Shown here one piece after another: positions 56,134 through 64,000 of a DNA stretch of 64,000 nucleotides (position 1 is its first letter; each line of letters opens with the position of its first letter). Where the stretch lies: NCBI GenBank assembly GCA_016872285.1, contig VGZZ01000009.1, positions 820 to 64,819 of the forward strand, read 5' to 3'. The position numbers and the translations under genes were made by a program. Origin of the DNA: SAR202 cluster bacterium (GTDB lineage Bacteria > Chloroflexota > Dehalococcoidia > Lucifugimonadales > GCA-2712585). The notes under the pieces were generated by a model. It worked only from the letters and a program-made list of their open reading frames with translations, was not told the origin of the DNA and did not search any database.

Positions 56134-56430
56134 TCAAGAATTGCTCCTTTGCATTGGGGAGTACCCTCCAGCGTCAAACCTGCCATCTGCAAGAAGAAAA
56201 CCGTAATATTCAAGAGGAGTTCGGTCCCCTTTTGTTTCGTTACATCCATCATAGCTTGAACAGTCATATGCTGTGTTCTCAGAACAGTCACAGCCACCAC
56301 GACCGTGCTTGTCCGGAATAATATGATCTCTTTCTCTTCTCAGATATCCGTTGCCGCTATTGGTGCTTGGAACGAAGAATCGCCTCCCACAGTATGCACA
56401 TGTTCTGCGATTGTCGTTTTGAGTTAGCAC
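56134..56430 (-). CDS. Small HNH endonuclease
   Basis: GTG at 56430 with AGGAGGTG 8 nt upstream. The ORF reads (M)LTQNDNRRTCAYCGRRF..RERDHIIPDKHGRGG..ENTAYDCSSYDGCNETKGDRTPLEY, fitting the CxxC / DH / N / CN..KG pattern. The track ORF 56134..56649 extends spuriously into leuC. Confidence 0.7.
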   Translation of the reverse strand: MLTQNDNRRTCAYCGRRFFVPSTNSGNGYLRRERDHIIPDKHGRGGCDCSENTAYDCSSYDGCNETKGDRTPLEYYGFLLADGRFDAGGYSPMQRSNS

Positions 56431-56465
56431 GAGCTTCTCACCTCCTAGGTTTGTAATAGGAGAAG

Positions 56466-57869
56466 TTATTTCCACTCCCTTATATCCACAAAATGGCCCG
56501 CGATGGCGGCTGCGGCGGCCATCTGAGGGCTGACCAGGTGGGTGCGGCCGCCTTTGCCCTGGCGGCCCTCGAAGTTGCGGTTGGAGGTGGAGGCGCAGCG
56601 CTGGCCGGGTTGGAGAATATCGGGGTTCATGCCGAGGCACATGGAGCAACCCGCCTCGCGCCAGTCGAAGCCGGCGTCCTTGAATACGCGGTCGAGGCCT
56701 TCAGCCTCGGCTTGCTTTTTGACCAGGGCTGAGCCTGGAACGACCATGGCGTAGACCTTAGGGTTCACCTTTTTGCCTTTGACCACCCCTGCGGCGTTGC
56801 GCAGGTCTTCCAATCGGGCGTTGGTGCAGGAGCCAAGGAAGACGCGGTCGATGGCAACGTTCTGAATGGGGACGTTGGGTTCCAGGCCCATGTAGTCTAA
56901 GGCCCGTTCCGCCGCCTGCTTGTCAGAAGTCGATTTGAAGGAGGCGGGGTCGGGGACGCGGCCAGTGACGGGGGCCACCATGCCCGGGTTGGTGCCCCAC
57001 GTCACGAAGGGCTCCAGTTTAGCGGCGTCGACATGGACTACTTTGTCATATTTAGCGCCAGGGTCGGTGGGCAGGCGGCGCCATCGTTCGACGGCTTCAT
57101 CCCAGGCCTTACCTTTGGGGGCGTGGGGACGGCCTTTCACATATGCGAAGGTAGTGTCGTCGGGGGCGATCATGCCTGCTCGGCCACCGGCCTCGATGGA
57201 CATGTTGCAGACGGTCATTCGGCCTTCCATGGACAGGCCTCGGACGGCCTCGCCGGTGTATTCGATGACGTGGCCGGTGGCGCCGTCGATGCCTATCTGG
57301 CCGATGATACCGAGGATGAGGTCCTTGGCGGTCACGCCGAAGGGGAGCAGGCCGTTAACCCTAATCTCCATGGTCTTGGGCTTGTTCTGCAGGATGCACT
57401 GAGTCGCCAGGACGTGCTCCACCTCCGAGGTGCCGATGCCGAAGGCCAGAGCGCCGAAGGCGCCGTGGGTGGAGGTATGGCTGTCGCCGCAGACGATGGT
57501 CTTGCCGGGCTGGGTGTAGCCCATCTCGGGGCCGATAATGTGGACGATGCCCTGGTTGGGGCTGGTCATGCCGTAATACTTGACGCCGAATTCCTTGACG
57601 TTCTTCTCCAGGGCTTTTATCTGAGCCAGGGCGATGTCGTCGGTGATGGGCTTGGTGCGCTCCCAGGTAGGGATGTTGTGGTCAACGGTGGCGATGGTGA
57701 GGTCGGCGCGGCGGAGGCGGCGGCCCGCCATGCGAAGGCCATCGAAGGCCTGGGGGGAGGTGACCTCGTGGACGAGGTGGAGGTCTATGTACAGGAGGGT
57801 AGGCTTGCCCGGTTCCTCATGGACTACGTGGGCGTACCAGATTTTTTCGAACGTTGTTTTGGGGGGCAT
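56466..57869 (-). CDS. leuC: 3-isopropylmalate dehydratase large subunit
   Basis: [11 protein letters not shown].., [14 protein letters not shown] and [12 protein letters not shown] chose the ATG at 57869. Confidence 0.95.
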   Translation of the reverse strand: MPPKTTFEKIWYAHVVHEEPGKPTLLYIDLHLVHEVTSPQAFDGLRMAGRRLRRADLTIATVDHNIPTWERTKPITDDIALAQIKALEKNVKEFGVKYYGMTSPNQGIVHIIGPEMGYTQPGKTIVCGDSHTSTHGAFGALAFGIGTSEVEHVLATQCILQNKPKTMEIRVNGLLPFGVTAKDLILGIIGQIGIDGATGHVIEYTGEAVRGLSMEGRMTVCNMSIEAGGRAGMIAPDDTTFAYVKGRPHAPKGKAWDEAVERWRRLPTDPGAKYDKVVHVDAAKLEPFVTWGTNPGMVAPVTGRVPDPASFKSTSDKQAAERALDYMGLEPNVPIQNVAIDRVFLGSCTNARLEDLRNAAGVVKGKKVNPKVYAMVVPGSALVKKQAEAEGLDRVFKDAGFDWREAGCSMCLGMNPDILQPGQRCASTSNRNFEGRQGKGGRTHLVSPQMAAAAAIAGHFVDIREWK

Positions 57870-57960
57870 AGTCACACCTATTTCGAATTCGGTCTTAAGC
57901 AGCATACGCAGGCTGTGGACGCCTGCGTATGCTGCTCGAACTAGTGTAAAGTCGATAATG

Positions 57961-59526
57961 CTATGGGTTAGGCATCCCCACCATGGACGAGCGTTTCTGT
58001 GCGCCTTCCATAGCCAGCAGTCTGTTAAGGGCGTTCATGTAGGCCTTGGCGCTGGCTACGATGATGTCCGTATCGGAGCCCTTGCCGACGTAGAGCCTAT
58101 CGCCGCTTTCAATGCGGACGGTGACCTCGCCCAACGCATCGATGCCCTCAGTAATGGCTTTGACGTTGTACTCGGCCAGCTTGTTGGGGGCTTTTACGAT
58201 TTGGTTTATGGCCTTATAGGCCGCGTCGATGGGGCCGGTGCCGGTGGCGGCATCGGTCTGGGGCTTGCCGTCGGGGCCGATGAGGCGCACCGTGGCTGTG
58301 GCTACCTGGTGGTTGCCGCAGGAGACCTGGACGTGGTCGAGGGTGTAGGCGGGGGCCTCGGTGGCGGCGCGGGTCTGGTCGGACATTAGCGCCTCGAGGT
58401 CGCGGTCAGTGACCTCGCGCTTCTTGTCGGCCAATCGCTTGAAAGACTCGAAGACCTGGTCCAGCTCGTCCTTGGACAGTTTGTAGCCCAGTTCCTCGAG
58501 ACGGGCGCGGAGGCCGGCGCGACCGCTGAGTTTGCCGAGGACCAGGGAGTTGCCGCTGTGCCAACCGATGGAGGCGGGGTCCATGATTTCATAGGTGTTG
58601 CGGGCTTTGATGACGCCGTCCTGGTGGATGCCTGAGGCGTGTCGGAAGGCGTTCTGGCCGACGATGGCCTTGTTTGGCTGGACTGGGAAGCCGGAAATGT
58701 CGCTGACTAGGCGGCTGGTGCGGTATATCTGGGTGGTGTCGATGTTGGTCTTGACGCCCAGGAAGTCCTTGCGGGTCTCGATGGCCATGATGATCTCTTC
58801 CAGGGCTGCGTTGCCCGCGCGCTCGCCAAGGCCGTTGATGCACCCCTCCACCTGCCGCGCGCCGGCCTGGATAGCGGCGATGCTGTTGGCGGCGCCGAGA
58901 CCCAGGTCGTCGTGGCAGTGGACGCTGATGGTGGCCTTGTGGATGTTGGGGACGTTCTCGCGGATGCGGCGGATAAGGTTGCCGAACTCCTCAGGGATGG
59001 AGTAGCCGACGGTGTCGGGTATGTTAAGGGTGGTGGCGCCGGCGTCGATGACGGACTTAAGCATGAGGTAGAGGAACTGGGGGTCGGTGCGGCTGGCGTC
59101 CATGGCGGAGAATTCGATGTCAGGGCAGTAACTCTTGGCCCGGGCCACCATGTTCACCGCCATCTCCAGGACCTCTTCGCGGTTCTTCTTGAGCTGGTGC
59201 ATGAGATGGATGTCGGAACTGGAGACGAATACGTGGATTCGAGGGCGCTCGGCCTCGCGGAGGGCTTCCCAGGCCTTGTCGACGTCGTTGGGGTGGGCGC
59301 GGGCGAGGGAGGCGATGGAGGCGCCGCGGACCTCGCGGGCGATGGTGGAGACGGCCTCGAAGTCGCCGGGGGAGCTGGCGGCGAAGCCGGCTTCTATGAT
59401 ATCGATGCCTAGCCTTTCGAGCTGTTTAGCGACCTCCAGCTTTTCGGAGGTAGTCATGCCTGCGCCGGCGGTCTGTTCGCCGTCGCGGAGGGTGGTGTCG
59501 AAAATCTTTACAATATCCTGCGCCAT
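57961..59526 (-). CDS. leuA: 2-isopropylmalate synthase
   Basis: 521 aa: [22 protein letters not shown] and the LeuA dimerisation/regulatory C-terminus. Confidence 0.95.
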   Translation of the reverse strand: MAQDIVKIFDTTLRDGEQTAGAGMTTSEKLEVAKQLERLGIDIIEAGFAASSPGDFEAVSTIAREVRGASIASLARAHPNDVDKAWEALREAERPRIHVFVSSSDIHLMHQLKKNREEVLEMAVNMVARAKSYCPDIEFSAMDASRTDPQFLYLMLKSVIDAGATTLNIPDTVGYSIPEEFGNLIRRIRENVPNIHKATISVHCHDDLGLGAANSIAAIQAGARQVEGCINGLGERAGNAALEEIIMAIETRKDFLGVKTNIDTTQIYRTSRLVSDISGFPVQPNKAIVGQNAFRHASGIHQDGVIKARNTYEIMDPASIGWHSGNSLVLGKLSGRAGLRARLEELGYKLSKDELDQVFESFKRLADKKREVTDRDLEALMSDQTRAATEAPAYTLDHVQVSCGNHQVATATVRLIGPDGKPQTDAATGTGPIDAAYKAINQIVKAPNKLAEYNVKAITEGIDALGEVTVRIESGDRLYVGKGSDTDIIVASAKAYMNALNRLLAMEGAQKRSSMVGMPNP

Positions 59527-59735
59527 GATGGTTTCCTTTCTCGCGTTGTCCTTTTTATTTCCTGGATGCGCCCGACCTCTTAAAGACCACTCCGATGAAT
59601 CGGAGCGGTCATCCCATCCCTAACTAAGGACAACGCAGGCCGCCAGAGAGAGCGCTGCCATAGCCCCCCTCCGGTCGGCGGTCTGCGCCTGCAACCTCCA
59701 AACTGTAGCAACCCTTCATACACCCAACCTTTTCC

Positions 59736-59980
59736 AAAATAAAAAACCCGTCCACAAAAGGGACGGGCATAATTCCCGCGGTACCACCCTACTTCCCCGA
59801 TAAAATCGGGACGCTCGGCGCTTTAACGGTGCGTTCCGTTCAGTCCTACGTTAAGTTTTCGGACTGGCCGCTCCGGGGCGAGTTCGCCACCTGGGCTTCC
59901 TGCCTTGCACCTACCGGCAGGTCTCTGAAAGGCCAGGGTAGAGCTACTGCTCCCCATCACTGCGTTTGCTTTTTTCGTAA
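59736..59980 (-). promoter_or_regulatory. T-box leader riboswitch (probable Leu, CUC specifier) with an intrinsic terminator
   Basis: The minus strand shows a GA motif (tgatggggagcagta) and an AGAGA bulge. It has a distal loop ggtaggtgcaa and a specifier-like gcgaaCTCgcc (CUC at 59882-59880). The T-box sequence gtaGGGTGGTACCGCGgga lies at about 59777-59792. The terminator is cccgtcc-cttttgt-ggacggg followed by ttttttatttt (59767-59736). Confidence 0.8.
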
Positions 59981-59987
59981 CCTTGGG

Positions 59988-60017
59988 ATAATACCACGAC
60001 GGTCAAGGGGGTGGCAA
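59988..60017 (-). promoter_or_regulatory. Possible promoter for the leu T-box leader
   Basis: The minus strand reads TTGCCA (60017-60012), an 18-nt spacer, then TATTAT (59993-59988). Confidence 0.35.
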
Positions 60018-60137
60018 CAAGGATTTGTCAGTGGTGCGACCAAAACGCTTCCAAGCTGCCTCAACTACCCTACATTGTCAATACTTCAACCCTTGGTGCT
60101 AGAATACCGCCATCTCTGAACCTTAAGGAGTCTCGAC

Positions 60138-62039
60138 ATGCCTGCCCATTACTCTCGCGGCGCTACATATAAGGAAGCGCCTCAACTGCCCGACGACCCC
60201 ATCATAGACCTTCTGGCCGCCACCAACTCGAAGGTGGAGCATCTCGACCTGTCGCCGGACGGGAAGCGCATCGCGTATGTTTCCGCCCAGAGCGGCGGCT
60301 ATGACCTGTGGGTGTGCGACATCGACGGGAAGAACAACCGGCGGCTGGTGGACATGTACCCGGAGGAGTGCCTGAACCCGTCGTGGTCACCAGACGGACA
60401 GTGGGTGGCGTGGACGGCTCGAAACGACGCTTTCAAGATACGGGCCGACGGCTCGGAGCCGCCCATCAACCTCACCTACGGCTGGGGACCGTCACGAGGG
60501 CACGAGTTCATTCGGTGGACACCGGACGGCAAGCGCATCGTGTTCATACACATCGGCGGCAACGGGTACATGCAGGTGTGCTCGGTGCCCACGGCGGTGC
60601 CGACGGGGAAGATACGGCCTCACTGGATTACCAATGAGGAGTTCAACTCGACGGACGTCTTCGTGTCGCCGGACGGCAAGCACGTGTGCTTCATGTCGGA
60701 CAGGTCGGGGTACGCGGACTTCAAGAGGATGGACGTATGGATAGCGCCCATCGAAGGCGGCGAGGCGCGGAACATGACGCCGAACACCTTCGAGCATTAC
60801 GACTACAGGCCCAGGTGGTCAACGGACGGGAAGAAGCTGGTGTTCACCAGCGACAAGAGCAACTTCAGGAAGGTTGGGGTCATCGACGTCGCTACGGGCA
60901 AGATAAGCTTCCCAACCAGCGGCGACTACGATGAGTACAATCCGCGGGTGTCGCCGGACGGGAAGTGGATTGCATACGTGGCGAATATGGGGTGGACGTT
61001 CCAGGTCATCAAGGTAGCCATCGACGGGTCCAGCAAGCCGGCGCAGCTGACCAAGGGGGACGCGGTCCATGGCGGCTTCGACGCCTACCAAGTGCGGGGG
61101 ACTATCCGGTGGACGCCGGACAGCAAGAGCATTGTGGCGACTCGGATGGACCACGCGCACACCAGCGAGGTCATCGTCATTCCGGCGGAGGGCGGCGAGC
61201 CGAAGCAGATAACCAACGTAATGCCCAAGGGCCTGGAGAACTTCAACTTTGTCAAGCCGGAGCTAATCAAGTACAAGAGCAAGGACGGGCTGGAGGTGCC
61301 GGCATTCCTGTACCGTCCTCCCAACGCGGGAAACAAGAAGACGCCGCTCATCATCTACGCCCGGGCCAACACCAAGGGACTTCACGTGCGGGGGTTTTAT
61401 CCCATCATCCAATACTTCGTGTCGAAGGGCTACTCGGTAGTCGCGCCGGAGGTGAGGGGGTCGGCGGGGCTGGGCAAGCAGTACGAGTTTTTGAACTATG
61501 GGGACTGGGGAGGCGGGGACATCGACGATTTCGCGTACTCGGCCTTACACCTCATCGAGCAGGGCTTGGTGGACAAGGACAAGGTTGTCATGCAGGGAGG
61601 CAGCACGGGCGGGTTCTTTGTGTGCGACATGATTTTCCGGTACCCGGACCTGCTGAAGGCGGCCATCTGCTTCTATGGCCCGCCGGACCTGATCCACTCG
61701 TGGCGGATGAGCAACGGGGCAGGTAAGCCGGTGCTGGGGGACGTGGTGGCTGGCGACCGGGGCGGGCCGGACATGAACCCGGAGCACTGGATGAAGCGGT
61801 CGCTCATCTACAACATCGATAAGGTCAAGACGCCGCTGTTGATACTGTGGGGCGATCGGGACGGGGTGCGAATATCGATGGCGGACGACTACTTCCGCGT
61901 CGCCAAGGAGAAGGGGCTGTACACCGAGTACATCCAGTACAACTGCGAGCCGCACGGCTGGTACCACTGGCGACCAGAGACGCTATCAGACTGCATCCGA
62001 CGGATGCACGCGCACTATAAGAAGTTTACCGGCGTGTAA
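60138..62039 (+). CDS. S9-family serine peptidase (beta-propeller + alpha/beta hydrolase)
   Basis: 633 aa with repeated SPDGK propeller motifs, GGSTGGF (catalytic Ser) and a C-terminal EPHGW. Confidence 0.85.
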   Translation: MPAHYSRGATYKEAPQLPDDPIIDLLAATNSKVEHLDLSPDGKRIAYVSAQSGGYDLWVCDIDGKNNRRLVDMYPEECLNPSWSPDGQWVAWTARNDAFKIRADGSEPPINLTYGWGPSRGHEFIRWTPDGKRIVFIHIGGNGYMQVCSVPTAVPTGKIRPHWITNEEFNSTDVFVSPDGKHVCFMSDRSGYADFKRMDVWIAPIEGGEARNMTPNTFEHYDYRPRWSTDGKKLVFTSDKSNFRKVGVIDVATGKISFPTSGDYDEYNPRVSPDGKWIAYVANMGWTFQVIKVAIDGSSKPAQLTKGDAVHGGFDAYQVRGTIRWTPDSKSIVATRMDHAHTSEVIVIPAEGGEPKQITNVMPKGLENFNFVKPELIKYKSKDGLEVPAFLYRPPNAGNKKTPLIIYARANTKGLHVRGFYPIIQYFVSKGYSVVAPEVRGSAGLGKQYEFLNYGDWGGGDIDDFAYSALHLIEQGLVDKDKVVMQGGSTGGFFVCDMIFRYPDLLKAAICFYGPPDLIHSWRMSNGAGKPVLGDVVAGDRGGPDMNPEHWMKRSLIYNIDKVKTPLLILWGDRDGVRISMADDYFRVAKEKGLYTEYIQYNCEPHGWYHWRPETLSDCIRRMHAHYKKFTGV

Positions 62040-62048
62040 GAGCAATCT

Positions 62049-62076
62049 CGGGCCGTCCGCCGCGGCGGACGGCCCG
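62049..62076. terminator. Bidirectional GC hairpin between convergent genes
   Basis: cgggccgtccgc-cgcg-gcggacggcccg forms a 12-bp stem, with tctagctttt on the plus side. Confidence 0.6.
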
Positions 62077-62084
62077 TCTAGCTT

Positions 62085-62369
62085 TTAAGCCACCTCAAAC
62101 CTTTCGGACTCCGGGGGCTTAGACCACAACGCCTCGGCGCCTTTCATGGCGGCGGCACGCTGTGGGCTGGCGCGCCAGCCTTCGTAGACCTCGTTGCTGG
62201 ACCACGTCACCAGGGTGGTGATTTTGGAGGGGTCCTTGTGGGAAACGAGGGTGACTCGCGTGCCAAAGCCGGGCCATCTGCTTTGGGCTTTGCCGTTGCC
62301 TTCCAGGAGGCGCTTGGCCTCAGGAATTTTGTCGGCCTTGGCCCAGTGGTGAGTTAAGACTCCAATCAT
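62085..62369 (-). CDS. Antibiotic-biosynthesis-monooxygenase (ABM) domain protein
   Basis: 94 aa with a ferredoxin-like ABM pattern: MIGVLTHHWAK..VTLVSHKDPSKITTLVTWSS. Confidence 0.6.
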   Translation of the reverse strand: MIGVLTHHWAKADKIPEAKRLLEGNGKAQSRWPGFGTRVTLVSHKDPSKITTLVTWSSNEVYEGWRASPQRAAAMKGAEALWSKPPESERFEVA

Positions 62370-62373
62370 GGTG

Positions 62374-62790
62374 TCACCTCGTAAGTAAGAATATGGCGCC
62401 GCCGGCCATCAAGATACCCATCACCTTAGTCGCCGAGGCGTGTTCACCCAAGAAGAGGAAACCAAGGACCGCGGCCACGGCCATGTTCATGGCGTAGATG
62501 GGCACCACCTGGGAGGCTGAGGCCTTGCTCAGGGCGGTATAGAATCCGATGACGCTGATGGTCAGGAACACGCCCGCGATTAGCAGCATCAGGGTGGCTT
62601 TATTACCGCCAAGGCCATCCGTGAAACTGGTGCCTTTGGCAGCCGCCCATATGATGGCAGCGGCGGTAAGGATGAGGTTGTTTATCACTACCGCGAGTTC
62701 GGGGGTGATATTGCGTAAGCTTATTTTGAGGAAGGTTATCATGAAGCCGTAGCTGACCATGGCGAGGAGGATCCAAGTCAGGTAACTCAA
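62374..62790 (-). CDS. EamA-domain (DMT superfamily) small membrane transporter
   Basis: 138 aa with 4-5 TM helices and an EamA-like ALSKASASQVVPI. Confidence 0.65.
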   Translation of the reverse strand: MSYLTWILLAMVSYGFMITFLKISLRNITPELAVVINNLILTAAAIIWAAAKGTSFTDGLGGNKATLMLLIAGVFLTISVIGFYTALSKASASQVVPIYAMNMAVAAVLGFLFLGEHASATKVMGILMAGGAIFLLTR

Positions 62791-62809
62791 AGGTTCACTC
62801 CTTATAGTG

Positions 62810-63229
62810 CTACGCTTTGGTGCCGTAGATGCGTTGGGGTTCGACGATGACGACGGCTCGTTTGTCTTTGGTCATGGCCTTGTCGTAGTCATTCCAGTCC
62901 GGGTGTTCCTGGCCCGAGGCGGCGCGGTAGACGTCTCGGAGGGCCAGTCGAAGCTCTTCGTGGTCGGTGTTGTCGCGGTCCATGATTTTGGCCTGGCCCT
63001 CCAGGACCACGTAGCCCCACCAGTCCTGCTGGGACACGAGGATAGAGCACTTGGGGTTGCGTTTGAGATTGGCGAGCTTGGCCCTGCCGGCGGTGGTGGT
63101 GAAGGCTACACCTTCTTTGAATGGGCCGCAGCTAACGAGGCTCATCTGTACGGCCCCGTCCTTGCGGAAGGTGGATACTACGCCGTAGTGGTTCTGTTTG
63201 ATGAAGCGTTTGACTTTATCTGGCAGCAT
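62810..63229 (-). CDS. PPOX-class (pyridoxamine 5'-phosphate oxidase-like) F420/FMN-binding protein
   Basis: MLPDKVKRFIKQNHYGVVSTFRKDGAVQMSLV..RAKLANLKRNPKCSILV. I chose the ATG at 63229. Confidence 0.7.
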   Translation of the reverse strand: MLPDKVKRFIKQNHYGVVSTFRKDGAVQMSLVSCGPFKEGVAFTTTAGRAKLANLKRNPKCSILVSQQDWWGYVVLEGQAKIMDRDNTDHEELRLALRDVYRAASGQEHPDWNDYDKAMTKDKRAVVIVEPQRIYGTKA

Positions 63230-63318
63230 ATTCGACCCCCACACTTGCGATGCCTGGATTTGCAGGCTATTGTACACGATGTCCTTTGAGGCTAAGGAAG
63301 GCTTGTAAGGGAGGGCGT

Positions 63319-64000
63319 ATGGTCTACGATTCGCCCAAGGGGAACATCAGCATCCTGGTGGCCGGCGACGCGATGATTACGCGTCGAATATCGATGTTCA
63401 AGGAGCCGTCTTTCACCGAGCTGGTAGACCTTATCCGCTCCACCGACGCCAGCCTAGTGAACCTGGAGATGCTGTTCCACAACTTTGAGATGAGCTGGAG
63501 CAACAAGGGCACTATCTCCTTCCAGGTCTCGGACCCGTCTAACCTGGCGGAACTGAAGTGGATGGGCTTCCGGGCGGTGACCACGGCCAACAACCACTCT
63601 TACGACTACAACGAAGCCGAGTTTATGACCACGCTGTCACACTGCAAGGAGCAGGGGCTGTTGCAGGCTGGGGGAGGCCGGAACCTGGACGAGGCCCGCG
63701 CGCCGGCGTACATCGACACGGCGGGAGGGAGGGTGGCGCTGATGAGCGCGACGACTACATATTCGCCGGAGTCGAGGGCAGGTTTCGGGCGGCCCGAGTT
63801 TCCGGGGAAGCCAGGCGTCAACGCGCTTCGCCACACACTTATACATAACGTGCCAAAATCGGCCTTCGAGGCGCTCAACGAGGTAAACCGGGGTCTTGGA
63901 TATGAGGACCTGGAGGAGGCGCGGCGCCGCTTTCTACCCACCGGCGCCGAGGAGTACGACCGCGCCGTGGAGACGCGGTTCTTCGAGAACCGGTTCAAGC
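63319..64000 (+). CDS. CapA-family (PGA_cap metallophosphatase-like) protein, N-terminal part; runs off the window end
   Basis: Not in the track because it has no stop in the window. An AAGGGAGG RBS precedes the ATG at 63319. The frame is open to 64000: ILVAGDAMITRR..LVNLEMLF..GFRAVTTANNHSYDY..QAGGGRNLDEA. Confidence 0.7.
   Translation, partial: MVYDSPKGNISILVAGDAMITRRISMFKEPSFTELVDLIRSTDASLVNLEMLFHNFEMSWSNKGTISFQVSDPSNLAELKWMGFRAVTTANNHSYDYNEAEFMTTLSHCKEQGLLQAGGGRNLDEARAPAYIDTAGGRVALMSATTTYSPESRAGFGRPEFPGKPGVNALRHTLIHNVPKSAFEALNEVNRGLGYEDLEEARRRFLPTGAEEYDRAVETRFFENRFK

Noticed and set aside
56431-56649. Upstream part of track ORF 56134..56649, and the alternative ORF 56091..56300
   Set aside because: The first overlaps the 3' end of leuC in another frame, and the real HNH start is the RBS-preceded GTG at 56430. 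The second is an out-of-frame overlap of the HNH ORF with no motifs.
63324-63998. Minus-strand ORFs 63324..63593, 63606..63998 and 63637..63846
   Set aside because: The plus-strand frame is open for 682 nt from an RBS-preceded ATG and carries CapA-family motifs (ANNHSYDY). The minus ORFs are shadows.
1-64000. Search for mobile-element genes, prophage genes, CRISPR arrays or known defence genes
   Set aside because: No transposase, integrase, recombinase, Cas, restriction-modification or phage structural signatures were recognisable in any credible ORF. The only foreign-looking DNA is the HNH/RHH insert.

Overview
This is a high-GC bacterial chromosomal segment. The gene content (LLM/PPOX F420-type enzymes, a Leu T-box on the leu operon, many amidohydrolases) suggests a Chloroflexota-like organism, but that is inference only. 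Most of the window is housekeeping. It holds rpoB-rpoC and a T-box-controlled leuA-leuC-[insert]-leuD-leuB operon. It also holds trpA-aroH-DAHP synthase-ROK kinase, gltX, rluD-lspA, rarA-cupin, typA and an EF-G paralogue. Further genes are a csoR-copA-YHS-glutaredoxin-like copper operon, a comD/comE-like TPP decarboxylase operon, tRNA-Val(GAC) and tRNA-Asp(GUC). A hydrolase-rich block at 24.3-31.9 kb carries two amidohydrolases, a phosphotriesterase-family protein, an SGNH hydrolase and an orphan family-5 ABC binding protein. Four things stand out. (1) A candidate peptide-signalling locus lies at 44.4-48.7 kb. It comprises a TPR + winged-helix/BTAD regulator (frameshifted as sequenced) and a terminator-flanked 32-codon exported-peptide-like ORF that is missing from the ORF track and is preceded by 11-bp-phased direct repeats. 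A membrane protein, a sensor-less histidine kinase and a response regulator follow. (2) An AT-rich ~700-bp insert carrying an HNH nuclease and a ribbon-helix-helix protein is wedged between leuC and leuD. (3) A mosaic, hairpin-rich intergenic repeat family has at least 9 copies, all on the same strand. It shows stem covariation, one flipped hairpin core and one interrupted copy. (4) A degenerate comE paralogue is translationally coupled to a tiny 2-TM protein. I saw no CRISPR array, transposase, integrase or phage genes. Coordinates of small motifs were counted by hand and may be off by 1-2 nt.
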